Shown: piece by piece, positions 7,560-17,273 of the stretch
Layout: each line of letters starts with the position of its first letter
How positions within the stretch are numbered: the stretch's first letter is position 1
Translations under genes and position numbers: made by a program
DNA from: Rubripirellula sp.
Lineage (GTDB): Bacteria > Planctomycetota > Planctomycetia > Pirellulales > Pirellulaceae
DNA length: 64,000 nt
Direction of reading: 5' to 3'
Assembly: GCA_965216875.1 (NCBI GenBank)
Contig: OZ244207.1
Location: forward strand, 4,672,001-4,736,000
Notes under the pieces: model-generated
Databases searched by the model: none
Seen by the model: the letters and a program-made list of their open reading frames with translations, nothing else
Told to the model about the DNA's origin: nothing

Positions 7560-9449
7560 TTGACCATGCGGCAAGCAACTCAGACGCTCTTGCGTGACTT
7601 CAACAACGACCGCCTTCGACTGGTTGGTTGTGAAGTCTTTTTCAAACTCTTGACCATCGCGGTTCTCGGTCCGCTCACCGCTTGGATCGTCCTGCAACTG
7701 ATTTCGATGAGCGGTCATGCCGCGATCAGCAACGTCGACATCGCGGGATTCCTACTCTCACCCCTCGGGGTCATCACACTTGTCCTGTTCGTGGCGCTGG
7801 CATGGAGCGTCTTTTGCCTCGGCCAATCGGCTTTGCTTGCGATCCAACTTGGACGCCTCACTGGCACGCCGAAAAAAATGTCGACAGCATCCGCGATCGC
7901 GCTACGCCAACTCGTTCGAATCGTGGAACTGGCGATCGCATTCGTCGGAGTCTTCCTTGTCATTGCGGCTCCCTTCCTTGCCGTCGCTGGTTGGATCTAC
8001 ACGCAATACCTCTCCGAATTCGACATCAACTATTACCTTTCCGAGCGTCCGCCCGAGTTTCTGTGGTCGGTGGCAGCGGGAATCGTGTTGGCAGCAGGAC
8101 TCATCGCAGGTTGGTCGATCGTTTACGCAAGGACGCTGTTCTCGCTTCCCGAATGTGTACTCAATCAGAAACGGCCCATCGCAGCGATCAAGACGAGCAT
8201 TCGCCTTACAGAAGGCAAGACTTGGGGAATCTTCAAGACGCTGATCGGTTGGTGGTTGATTTACACCGCGATCGGCTTCGCTGGTGGGGTGGTGATCCAA
8301 TTGATCGAATCGGTGGCACTCTCTTCAGCGGGCGATTCGTTTTCGAGTGTCGCGATCGCCGTGGGCCTGCTGTTGGGACTCAACTTCCTTGGCACTGCCG
8401 TCCTTTCGATTTACGCCAACCTTTCGATTTCGCTGGTTGTTGGTCGCCTGTATTGGGCGAGTCTCGCCGAAACGAAACCGTTTACGTCCGATGAAGACGA
8501 ACGGGCTGTCGAGCTGCATCTACCGGCGCTCGCGACTTCTGACGAAGACACGCTTCCAGATTGGCTTCGCAAACGTATCCCGACGGTCTCGGCAAAGCGC
8601 ATCGGGTTGATTTCACTGATCCTGATCGCTGCCATCTCTGGCGGATGTACCGCACTTCTGCTCAGCACCGTTCAGTACGTTGACAAGGTCAAGGTCACGG
8701 CTCATCGCGGCAGCTCACGCGCAGCACCTGAAAACACCCTCGCAGCAATTCATCAAGCGATCGAAGACGGCGCCGACTACGCAGAAATCGACGTCCAAGA
8801 GACTGCCGACGGAGCCATCATCGTCACTCATGACGCCGACCTGATGCGCATCGCAGGTGTCAACAAAAGTCTTTGGGACGCGACCCTCGAGGAGATCCAG
8901 GAGGTTGATGCCGGAAGTTGGTTTGATCCCAAGTTTTCGGACGAACGGATTCCAACCTTGCAAGAAGTGATTGCGGTGAGCCGGAACAAAATCAAACTCA
9001 ACGTCGAACTTAAGTTCAATGGGCATTCGGTCGACCTCGTCCGGCGCACGATGAAGGTCATCGACGACGCCGACTTTGCCGACTCCACCGTCATCAGCTC
9101 GCTCAAGCATTCCTCCCTTGATGAGGTCAAACGCATCGATCCCAATATGCGAGTTGGAGCGATCGTCGGCGCATCGATCGGTGACCTTTCTCAGTTGGAC
9201 GTCGACTTCATCAGCATCAACGCCCAAAGCCTTGACCCAACCTTGATCCGCAGTTCCCACCAACAGGGGAAAGAAGTTCACGTCTGGACCGTCAACGAGC
9301 TCGGCCAAATGTCCGACATGATCGAACTTGGAGTCGACAACATTTTGACGGACGAACCCAAGGTATTGGTCGAACTGTTGAAGGAACGCGAAGCATTGTC
9401 GGCGACCGAGCGACTGCTCCTCACGTTTCGGCGACTGCTGGCCTATTGA
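7560..9449 (+). CDS. Glycerophosphodiester phosphodiesterase with N-terminal membrane domain
   Basis: About 7 TM segments followed by TAHRG, PENTLAA, EIDVQ, HDADL and VWTVN GDPD motifs. Confidence 0.9.
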   Translation: MTMRQATQTLLRDFNNDRLRLVGCEVFFKLLTIAVLGPLTAWIVLQLISMSGHAAISNVDIAGFLLSPLGVITLVLFVALAWSVFCLGQSALLAIQLGRLTGTPKKMSTASAIALRQLVRIVELAIAFVGVFLVIAAPFLAVAGWIYTQYLSEFDINYYLSERPPEFLWSVAAGIVLAAGLIAGWSIVYARTLFSLPECVLNQKRPIAAIKTSIRLTEGKTWGIFKTLIGWWLIYTAIGFAGGVVIQLIESVALSSAGDSFSSVAIAVGLLLGLNFLGTAVLSIYANLSISLVVGRLYWASLAETKPFTSDEDERAVELHLPALATSDEDTLPDWLRKRIPTVSAKRIGLISLILIAAISGGCTALLLSTVQYVDKVKVTAHRGSSRAAPENTLAAIHQAIEDGADYAEIDVQETADGAIIVTHDADLMRIAGVNKSLWDATLEEIQEVDAGSWFDPKFSDERIPTLQEVIAVSRNKIKLNVELKFNGHSVDLVRRTMKVIDDADFADSTVISSLKHSSLDEVKRIDPNMRVGAIVGASIGDLSQLDVDFISINAQSLDPTLIRSSHQQGKEVHVWTVNELGQMSDMIELGVDNILTDEPKVLVELLKEREALSATERLLLTFRRLLAY

Positions 9450-9460
9450 GCTGGCAAAGT

Positions 9461-9583
9461 GTAGGCCGAATCAAGAAGCGACGGCGACGCGGATCCGGCA
9501 CTGCCCCCCAGCCGCTGAGCGATAGCTCGCGGTTTTAAACGTCGACCAACAGTTGAAAACCGCACGCTATCGCGTTGCGGCTG
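9461..9583. repeat. REP-like palindromic elements
   Basis: Intergenic imperfect hairpin CAGCCGC..GCGATAGC..GCGGTTTT / AAAACCGC..GCTATCGC..GCGGCTG (9509-9583), preceded by a GTAGGCCG..CCGGC element. Confidence 0.65.
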
Positions 9584-9737
9584 ATGGGATGCCAGCAATT
9601 TCGGTTTCACGCAACGTGAGTCCGCAGAATCGGCTCAACCATCCAGGTCATTTGGTCGATATGACTACATGATGCCCTGCAGTGCCTGCCTTTTTTGCCA
9701 GTGGATGCCGACTATGCGTTTGACTGAGCCAACTTCA

Positions 9738-10370
9738 ATGTCAGAAGCACCCCTTTCGAGCGACCGTGTTCTTCCGTCAGAAGAGCCGCAAGAGGGTTCG
9801 ATCCGCGAGCCAGGTATCTTTGCCGGCGAGGTGATTCTGTCGACCAAAGAACTCGAAGATCACGAGGGTGTCTTGCAATGGTTGCGAAAGGCCGATCGTT
9901 TGTCGGTTCGCAAACTGTTTCACACGTTGCCTGCTCCACCCATCGGCGTCCTGTGCGGCGAGTTTGACGCCGAATTGCTTGACCAAGGTGGCCGCTTGCC
10001 GCAGAAGGTGACTCAGTGGGCCTTTGGCGCGTACGGCATCTGGCTGGGTAAAGCGTTCCGACCGATCTCAGAGGAATCAGGCGAAGGCTACAACTACTTC
10101 CAAGGCCGCGACGATGTCATTCGCAAGCTGCCCATGGATACCTTCATCGAGCCATCGGTGCTCGACAACAACCCTGCGATGAAGCTGTCTTACAAGGATC
10201 GCAATCGCGGACTGATTCGCCAGCTTGTCGGCGAAATCCGTCAGGTCACGCAAGAGATCTTGCTTGGAATCGGTGTCTTCACACCTCAAGTCGGCGGCAA
10301 GAGTTTGTGCCAACGAAAAATTCCATTCATGATGGTCGGTCCACAGCGCGGCTATCACACTCAGGGCTAA
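9738..10370 (+). CDS. Hypothetical protein
   Basis: ORF filling the gap between GDPD and the epimerase, with WLGKAF..GYNYF and GEIRQV. Start uncertain (9669-9738). Confidence 0.6.
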   Translation: MSEAPLSSDRVLPSEEPQEGSIREPGIFAGEVILSTKELEDHEGVLQWLRKADRLSVRKLFHTLPAPPIGVLCGEFDAELLDQGGRLPQKVTQWAFGAYGIWLGKAFRPISEESGEGYNYFQGRDDVIRKLPMDTFIEPSVLDNNPAMKLSYKDRNRGLIRQLVGEIRQVTQEILLGIGVFTPQVGGKSLCQRKIPFMMVGPQRGYHTQG

Positions 10371-10448
10371 TGCCTGTGAGTGTCACCGGCCGCCGAGCCA
10401 TCTCGCCATCCGACCCTGTTTGTCTCCTCGCACCCTAACCCCACACCG

Positions 10449-11456
10449 ATGACGCGCAGCCTAGTGACGGGGGCCTCTGGATTCATTGGCCCCCACTTGG
10501 TCAAGTTGCTGAAAGAGCAGGGGAGTGAAGTGCGATGTTTGGTCCGCAAGAGCTCAAATGTCGACGCGCTCGAACCGCTCGATCCCAAGTTTGTTTATGG
10601 CGACATCAGCGATGCTGATTCAATCCAGTCAGCCGTGCAGGACGTTGACGTCGTCTATCACCTCGCAGGGCTAACCAAAAGCTTGAAGGTAGACCAGCTT
10701 TTTCACGTCAATGAACAAGGGGTTCGAAACATCGTGAAAGCATGTGCCCGCCGCGAATCACCGCCAACGTTGATTTTGGTTTCTTCCCTTGCCGCGGCTG
10801 GCCCCTCATTGTCCGACCGGGATCGGGAAGAAACAGATCCTTGCCAACCGGTATCGAATTATGGGCACAGCAAGCGAGCCGGCGAACTCGCGGCCATCGA
10901 ATATGCCAACAATGTGCCGACCTCGATCGTACGACCTCCGATCGTCTTGGGCGAAGGTGACCGCGCAACGTTGTCGCTGTTCGATGTCATCGTCAAGTTT
11001 CGATTTCACTTCGTGCCATCGTTCGCCGATCACCGTTTTTCGATTGTGCACGCGGACGACCTCGCCGGCTCCCTTGTCGCTGTCGCCGACCGCGGCCAAA
11101 GGGTTTCCGGCCAAGACGATCCAACGCGTGGCATCTACTTTTCTGCGGCGGACGAAATCCCCACCTATGCAAAGCTTGGCAAAATGATCGGCCAGGCAGT
11201 GGGGCGTCCTCGAGCGTGGACCATTCGATCTCCTGAATTCGCAATCTGGTTGGCGGCCGGCGTGAGCGATTTGGCATCGCGAGTCCGACGAAAACCGCAC
11301 ATTCTTAACCTTGATAAGGCGCGTGAAGCGGCTGCGGGTTCCTGGACTTGCAGCGTCGATCGAATGCGCAACGAAATCGGCTTCTCACACGACAAAACGC
11401 TCCAAGAGCGTATTGAGCAAACCTATCGCTGGTACGTCGACAAAGGCTGGCTGTAG
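10449..11456 (+). CDS. NAD-dependent epimerase/dehydratase (extended SDR)
   Basis: LVTGASGFIG Rossmann motif, HLAG, SSLAA and YGHSK catalytic YxxxK. Confidence 0.9.
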   Translation: MTRSLVTGASGFIGPHLVKLLKEQGSEVRCLVRKSSNVDALEPLDPKFVYGDISDADSIQSAVQDVDVVYHLAGLTKSLKVDQLFHVNEQGVRNIVKACARRESPPTLILVSSLAAAGPSLSDRDREETDPCQPVSNYGHSKRAGELAAIEYANNVPTSIVRPPIVLGEGDRATLSLFDVIVKFRFHFVPSFADHRFSIVHADDLAGSLVAVADRGQRVSGQDDPTRGIYFSAADEIPTYAKLGKMIGQAVGRPRAWTIRSPEFAIWLAAGVSDLASRVRRKPHILNLDKAREAAAGSWTCSVDRMRNEIGFSHDKTLQERIEQTYRWYVDKGWL

Positions 11457-11460
11457 CCAC

Positions 11461-11556
11461 CTATCGTCGCCTTTCGCTCCGCGAAGGTAGCGTCTTCAAA
11501 CGCACCTTGTGCGATTCAAAACGAGTGCAAATCCCGACGCGCGCGTGTTCGGCTCA
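11461..11556. repeat. REP-like elements (TCGCCTTTCGCTCCGCGAAG and ...TTCGGCTCAC families)
   Basis: Same cores recur at 19541-20708 and at 34929/46600/52910. Confidence 0.6.
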
Positions 11557-11662
11557 CACCCGAGTCACCGCAAGGCGTCATGCGGAGAATGCGCTACTTC
11601 GTTAGGATAGGCGCCGAATTGGATTGAACCCGATTCAACCGTCCACGCGTATTCGTTACAGC

Positions 11663-12781
11663 ATGCGAGTTGATTTTGTCATCACCGAACTATTTGTCGG
11701 CGGCGCCGAGCGCTGCCTGACAGAACTTGCGATTGGCCTGGCTGAATCGGGCGACTCGGTACGTGTTTTTTCCATTGGGCCGTTACCCACTGGCGTGAAG
11801 GCCGCGTTAGTTGACCGTCTGGAAGAGCATGGAATCACAGTCACATCGGGTGGCGGCGACTCGCTGCGCCGCACCGCGGCCGTTTACCGAAAACTGAAAA
11901 AATGGCTCGGATCGGACCCTCCGGATATCTGTCAGACGTTCATGTTTCATGCCAATGTCCTGGGCACTTACGCCGCCAAAGCGGTCGGCGTCCCGGTTCG
12001 AGTCGGCGGCTTGCGAGTCGCGGAAAGTCGCCCCATGCGGAACGTCATGGAACGATCGGCGGCCAAACGGATGGACTCGATGGTTTGCGTCAGCTCGGCC
12101 GTCGCTCAGTTTGCAAAGCACCATTTCGGCAACAGTTGTCCGCTGACCACGATTGGAAATGGCGTCGATGTCACCCGATTTGCGACGGCGCCCGCATTTG
12201 ACTGGACCACCCTCGGTTGGCCCGGCGATGTGGACGTTTCGTTATTCGTGGGGCGTTTCCACCCTCAAAAGGGCATCGAACTGCTGCAGAAGGAGATCGA
12301 AGCCATCGCGCCCCGCGATTCCAAGCGTCGACTGCTACTGGTCGGTGACGGCCCGCTGCGCAGCGATTTGGAAAACTGGGCATCGTCGATTGGATCCAAT
12401 CGCGTGCAATGCTTGCCTTGGCAAAGTGACGTGGCGCCTCTGATGTCTGCGAGCCGCTTGCTGGTGTTGCCGAGCCACTACGAAGGGATGCCGAATGTGG
12501 TGCTCGAGGCGATGGCTGCGGGAATCCCGGTCGTGTGCAGCCAAGTCGAGGGGAGCAAAGAACTCTTGTCTCACGCCTTTGCCCAGCAGAGTTTTCCTTC
12601 TGGCGACGCGATCGCAATGAAAAAGCTCGTCGAGACAATCATGTCCGACGAGCTTCTTCGTGCTGAACTGGGTAGCGACAATCGAGACCGAGTCAAACGG
12701 GACTTCTCGATCGCCGCAATGATCGACGCCTACCGCCGACACTATCGGGATCGGCTGGCCGTACGACGACTCGAAGTGTGA
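11663..12781 (+). CDS. Glycosyltransferase family 4 (GT-B)
   Basis: GGAER, NGVD, VGRFHPQKG and EGMPNVVLEAMAAGIPVV motifs. Confidence 0.92.
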   Translation: MRVDFVITELFVGGAERCLTELAIGLAESGDSVRVFSIGPLPTGVKAALVDRLEEHGITVTSGGGDSLRRTAAVYRKLKKWLGSDPPDICQTFMFHANVLGTYAAKAVGVPVRVGGLRVAESRPMRNVMERSAAKRMDSMVCVSSAVAQFAKHHFGNSCPLTTIGNGVDVTRFATAPAFDWTTLGWPGDVDVSLFVGRFHPQKGIELLQKEIEAIAPRDSKRRLLLVGDGPLRSDLENWASSIGSNRVQCLPWQSDVAPLMSASRLLVLPSHYEGMPNVVLEAMAAGIPVVCSQVEGSKELLSHAFAQQSFPSGDAIAMKKLVETIMSDELLRAELGSDNRDRVKRDFSIAAMIDAYRRHYRDRLAVRRLEV

Positions 12782-13518
12782 GTGCTGCGTGACAGCGGTG
12801 CGCGGCTGATGGGCGCTTCGTAGCTGCTTGGACGAACCGCACCAAACCGCTTCAAGCTCGCTCCGCGATCATCTTTGAACGGATCCGACAAAGTGTCGAA
12901 CAAGGAACCACCTGGCTTCTCTTGGGGTTTGACTTCAGGCGTCTTGGTCTCGGGCTTAGGCATGCGCACTGGCGGTGGAACATTGTCGACCGGCTCGGGC
13001 AATGCTTGGACAGAGTCCTTTGACTCCGGCACGTTCTTGAGTGGAGCTGCGTCAATCGCCCGCGGCTGAACTTCCAAAACATCGTGCTGTTTTGGATCGT
13101 GATGGTCGGTGTCACTGTAATCATCGTGGCCATGGGCTTCGTGCATCGGCACGGCCTTTTCGGTCGAATGATGATGCAAGGTTTGCGGAGGCATCGGCAG
13201 CATGAGCTCTTCGATCATGGCTGCATCACACGCATCGTCGCAACAGAGGTCGTCACACCCGCTGGTGGTGCACTTGGCAATTAGCTTGTCCAAGCCGCCT
13301 TTGACCTTCTTCATCGCCTTGCTGAGACAATTGTGTTTTGGCCAGGGGGAGCATTTGCAGGAACAATCGCAGCATTTGACTTGAGGGCAAGCGCCACAAC
13401 TTGGCTCGCAGCCACAATCCGCTGCCGAGACAAGGTTGCCGGCGCTGAACAGGGCGATCCCGCCAGCAGCGGCGAGAGCGAGAAGACGCTTTTTGATGGA
13501 TGCAGTTTCGGAGATCAT
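12742..13518 (-). CDS. Secreted Cys-rich hypothetical protein (Planctomycete type)
   Basis: Signal peptide, CGCEPSCG/CDD Cys clusters, Pro-rich tail with DPFKDD. Confidence 0.7.
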   Translation of the reverse strand: MISETASIKKRLLALAAAGGIALFSAGNLVSAADCGCEPSCGACPQVKCCDCSCKCSPWPKHNCLSKAMKKVKGGLDKLIAKCTTSGCDDLCCDDACDAAMIEELMLPMPPQTLHHHSTEKAVPMHEAHGHDDYSDTDHHDPKQHDVLEVQPRAIDAAPLKNVPESKDSVQALPEPVDNVPPPVRMPKPETKTPEVKPQEKPGGSLFDTLSDPFKDDRGASLKRFGAVRPSSYEAPISRAPLSRSTHTSSRRTASRSR

Positions 13519-13664
13519 GAATGGTCTCGATTTCAGACAGGTAATGACGTTTCCTAGAACGCTGAATGGGGATATCGACGCGACAGAACCGGAATGACCA
13601 AGAGAACCGCGAAGACCCTCAAACTCCCCCCAAATTCACAGCCGCCCGGCATTGTCAGCCTGAC

Positions 13665-13712
13665 CGATCGGACCGGCACGCTGGGCGATCAGACTGGCAC
13701 GCTGGGCGATCG
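13665..13712. repeat. 21-bp tandem duplication
   Basis: CGATCGGACCGGCACGCTGGG / CGATCAGACTGGCACGCTGGG / CGATCG. Confidence 0.75.
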
Positions 13713-13817
13713 AAAGCCCACCCCAGCTTTCGCGACCCTGACTTCCGGTCATTTTCTCTCAGCCACCTAATCGCTAAACTGCCTGAAATTCATCACTACC
13801 CAACTGAAAGAACAAAC

Positions 13818-14099
13818 ATGCCCAAGGCAAGTGCACGACACATCTTGGTTTCGACCGAACAAGAATGCCTCGATCTCAAACATCGCATCGAAGGCGGTGA
13901 AGACTTCGGCGCATTGGCCGCCGAATTCTCGTCCTGCCCCTCAGGGCAAAAGGGCGGCGCGCTCGGAAGCTTCGGCCCGGGTCAGATGGTTCCCGAGTTT
14001 GACCAAGCCGTCTTCGGCGGCGACGTTGGTGTCGTTCAAGGCCCAGTGAAAACGCAATTCGGCTACCACCTCTTGGAAGTGACCGAACGGACCGAGTAA
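13818..14099 (+). CDS. ppiC: Parvulin peptidyl-prolyl isomerase
   Basis: ASARHILV, SSCPSGQKGGALG, MVPEFD and KTQFGYHL motifs; ~93 aa from ATG 13818. Confidence 0.95.
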   Translation: MPKASARHILVSTEQECLDLKHRIEGGEDFGALAAEFSSCPSGQKGGALGSFGPGQMVPEFDQAVFGGDVGVVQGPVKTQFGYHLLEVTERTE

Positions 14100-14106
14100 A
14101 TCCCAC

Positions 14107-14197
14107 GTTGCGACCTTCGCCAGAAGGTGGTCCGCGCCGTTCGTAGTCCCGCCTTCAGGCGGAAGAGTATGAAGATTCCGGCTAAAGCTCGGTGTGA
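14107..14197. repeat. REP-like elements (CGTAGTCCCGCCTTCAGGCGG..CCGGCTAAAGCTCGG)
   Basis: Related copies at 19458-19488, 46444-46502 and 52880-52895; lies between convergent genes. Confidence 0.6.
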
Positions 14198-14198
14198 G

Positions 14199-15599
14199 CT
14201 AATAAGCCTGATCCCGTTTCAAAACGACCAACACCGTTTTGAACAGAATCTTGATGTCGAGCCACAGGGACCAGTTGCGAATGTAGCGATGGTCCCAGGT
14301 GACTCGGCGCTCCATCTTATCGACCGTTTCGGTCTCGCCGCGGCATCCGTTGACCTGTGCAAGCCCCGTAATGCCTGGTTTGACTTTGTGGCGCAACATG
14401 TATCCGTGGATCAAACCGCGGTATTGTTCGTTGTGTGCCGTGGCGTGGGGACGTGGCCCCACCAATGACATGGTGCCCTCGATCACGTTGAATAACTGGG
14501 GCAGTTCATCCAAGCTCGTCTTGCGCAGGATGTTGCCGATGGGAGTGACACGTGGGTCATCTTTGGTCGCTTGTTTGACGACGGCACCGTTGTCGCAAGT
14601 TCGCATCGAGCGAAATTTCCAAACCAGAATCTCGCGTCCATCAAGCCCGTATCGCTTTTGACGAAAGAACACCGATCCCTTCGAAGTCAGTTTGACAGCC
14701 AAGGCGATCAGCGACATCGGAATCGCCAGTACCACCAACATCGACAGGGCAATCGCGAGATCAGCGATCCGTTTGGAAACGCCGTCGACACCGTAAAGCG
14801 GATTCTCAAACACCGAAACGGCAGGCAGCCCACCCATGTTCGTCCAACGCGAGTGCAGCAATTCGAAAACGAAGAAGTCGGGCACAATGTAGACCGAAGC
14901 GGTCGTATCGCTGAACTGATCAAGCAGGTAACGAATCCGCGTCTCGGCGCGCATCGGCAAGGTGATCAAGACGGTATCGACCTCACCATCGCGAGCCATT
15001 TGAACCAGTTGGCCAAGGTTACCGGTGACGGTTTCATTGCATTTTTCGAGGTCGCGTGGTTCAGCCCGATCATCGTAAAAGCCCAGGAGCTGAAACCCGA
15101 GTCCACTGTCATCGCGAATGTTGGCTGCCGTTTGCACGCCCAATTCGTTTAGACCGGCGATCGCTACTTTCCGGACGCCCATCCCATGACGCATCAACCC
15201 GCGTTGCACGATCCGCAAACACATTCGCTGGAGTGCAATCAGAGTCGGTGCGAGGATGATCCATGCAAACACGAGTCGCCGCGAGAAATGATGGCCATAA
15301 CGCGTTGCAAAACCAAGCACGGCTAACACGACCAATGTCATCGCCCAGGTGGCAAGCACGTCGGAGACTTCGCGGTTGGGATTGCTCGTGTCGGTCGGAC
15401 GATGGAGCGCAGTCAACTGCGCCAACAACAGGAAGACGACAATCGCGACCATTCCCATCGCCGTCGTCTTTTCATCGATCGGCCCGGTCGAAAACCAGCA
15501 TGTCAGCGCAAGCGACGCCATCACGGCGGCGGCATCAAGGACAGGCTGGACGAAGTCCCACCAGCGACGGTGGGTCGTGATCAAGGATCGCGGCTGCAT
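14199..15599 (-). CDS. wcaJ: Undecaprenyl-phosphate glucose phosphotransferase (WcaJ-like)
   Basis: N-terminal TMs, KFRSM, DDPRVT, LRKTSLDELPQLFNV, MSLVGPRP and KPGITGLAQV. Confidence 0.9.
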   Translation of the reverse strand: MQPRSLITTHRRWWDFVQPVLDAAAVMASLALTCWFSTGPIDEKTTAMGMVAIVVFLLLAQLTALHRPTDTSNPNREVSDVLATWAMTLVVLAVLGFATRYGHHFSRRLVFAWIILAPTLIALQRMCLRIVQRGLMRHGMGVRKVAIAGLNELGVQTAANIRDDSGLGFQLLGFYDDRAEPRDLEKCNETVTGNLGQLVQMARDGEVDTVLITLPMRAETRIRYLLDQFSDTTASVYIVPDFFVFELLHSRWTNMGGLPAVSVFENPLYGVDGVSKRIADLAIALSMLVVLAIPMSLIALAVKLTSKGSVFFRQKRYGLDGREILVWKFRSMRTCDNGAVVKQATKDDPRVTPIGNILRKTSLDELPQLFNVIEGTMSLVGPRPHATAHNEQYRGLIHGYMLRHKVKPGITGLAQVNGCRGETETVDKMERRVTWDHRYIRNWSLWLDIKILFKTVLVVLKRDQAY

Positions 15600-15642
15600 G
15601 GATCGAACGACACTAGCTAATGTTGGAACGGTTCAGCCAACA

Positions 15643-16572
15643 CTAGCTCGCAGAAGTGTCAAACCAATCCAATCCGAGATCAAGCGAGGTCGCTTGATGC
15701 GTCAACGCGCCGCTACTGATTCGGTCCACACCGGTCGCAGCAATCAAAGCGATTGTATCGATCCGAATATTCCCGCTCGCCTCGAGTTCGACCTGTGGAT
15801 TGAGCTCATCGCGCAGGGCAACGGCTTGCCGAAGCTCGGCGATCTCAAAATTGTCAACCAACACAATGTCCGGGCCAACTGGCAAAACACTGCGCAGCTG
15901 TTCCAGTGAGTCGACTTCGATTTCGACCATCGATGGCGCCGTCAATCGCTCGACCTGAGACGACTTCCACTTGATCGCGCGGCTTGCCGCTTCGTCGGGC
16001 GTCAGCGGCTTGCCATCTTTTCCACCCAATGCCAAGTGGTTGTCCTTGATCAGGAACCCATCGTAGAGCCCGGTGCGATGGTTCGTCCCGCCGCCGCAGC
16101 GCACCGCGTACTTTTCCAACAATCGCCAACCTGGTGTTGTCTTGCGTGTGTCATAAAGTCGGGTCTTCGAATCGCCAAGTTCAGCAACATAGGTACTGGT
16201 TAGCGTCGCGATACCGCAGAGCCGACTGACGATGTTCAAGATTGTCCGTTCACTCGTAAGAAGATCGCGAACATTCCCTCGCAAAGTGGCAATGGGTTTT
16301 CCTGGCTCCAATCGCTTGCCGTCCACCGCAAGCACATCAACTTGCAAGTCTGCGTCAAACTCATCGACGATCCACGGAATCAACTCGGCGCCGCAAACGA
16401 CGCCTTCTTGACGCGGCACCACCTGACATCCGCCGGTCGCTTCTTCGGAAACCAAACAGACCGTCGTCCAATCCAGCGAGTGACGCAAATCTTCAGCGAT
16501 CGACAAGCGGACCAAGCCGCGCAAGTCATGCTCGAGATGTTCGTCGGCCGTTACCTGCAAGTAATCATTCAT
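15643..16572 (-). CDS. nadC: Nicotinate-nucleotide diphosphorylase (carboxylating)
   Basis: DTRKTTPG, NHRTGLYD, IKDNH, EIEVD, EASGN and ISSGALTH. Confidence 0.95.
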   Translation of the reverse strand: MNDYLQVTADEHLEHDLRGLVRLSIAEDLRHSLDWTTVCLVSEEATGGCQVVPRQEGVVCGAELIPWIVDEFDADLQVDVLAVDGKRLEPGKPIATLRGNVRDLLTSERTILNIVSRLCGIATLTSTYVAELGDSKTRLYDTRKTTPGWRLLEKYAVRCGGGTNHRTGLYDGFLIKDNHLALGGKDGKPLTPDEAASRAIKWKSSQVERLTAPSMVEIEVDSLEQLRSVLPVGPDIVLVDNFEIAELRQAVALRDELNPQVELEASGNIRIDTIALIAATGVDRISSGALTHQATSLDLGLDWFDTSAS

Positions 16573-16777
16573 GCTGTCATTCCGCTAGGAGGTTGCCCTA
16601 CGGTGTATCAACAATCGGACCAGTAAGAAAGGGCCGAGTCACGGAGCGTCTAAGTTGCGCGCGTGAGCGAGCCCAGAAATACCGACGGCGAGCCGATCGC
16701 ATGGTTGCCGAGGGGCCGCGCCAGACCAGATAATCTTGGTCGTTGATGGAACACGATCGGAAGGAATCAATTCGGTC

Positions 16778-17185
16778 ATGCCGACCCACCTCGCAACAAC
16801 GCCGCTGGCGAAACGACGCGTTCAATGGACGTTGGCGTCGATCGTTTGCGCTGCAATCGTCACCATCGCGGTTGCGAGGCAAAACATCCAAGCCCCTGAT
16901 CGTGCCGCCAAATTCTCGGGCGCTGGCGAGAAGTTTCATCTCGACTTGAACCGGGCCGACGTGCGTGAACTCGCGTTGCTCCCGGGCGTCGGGCCGGTGC
17001 TCGCCGACCGAATTGTGCACAATCGCGAGCGTCAGGGGGCATTTGAATCACTCGACGATTTGAGTCGAGTCTACGGGATCGGCGACAAAACGATCGCCCG
17101 CATCTCGACTGTATGCGAGGTGACAGTCAATCATCCCCCGCTGGATCTGGCCCATTCATTTGATCGGGACACGGTCGATCGCTAG
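16778..17185 (+). CDS. ComEA-family helix-hairpin-helix DNA-binding protein
   Basis: N-terminal TM, then [33 protein letters not shown]. Confidence 0.85.
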   Translation: MPTHLATTPLAKRRVQWTLASIVCAAIVTIAVARQNIQAPDRAAKFSGAGEKFHLDLNRADVRELALLPGVGPVLADRIVHNRERQGAFESLDDLSRVYGIGDKTIARISTVCEVTVNHPPLDLAHSFDRDTVDR

Positions 17186-17273
17186 CGGCTTGGAAAACGG
17201 GCGGCCGCGGTCGATACTATCGAGGTCTCCTGCGTCACCAGGTTTGGCACCCAGCACCTCGCAACCAGCAGCC

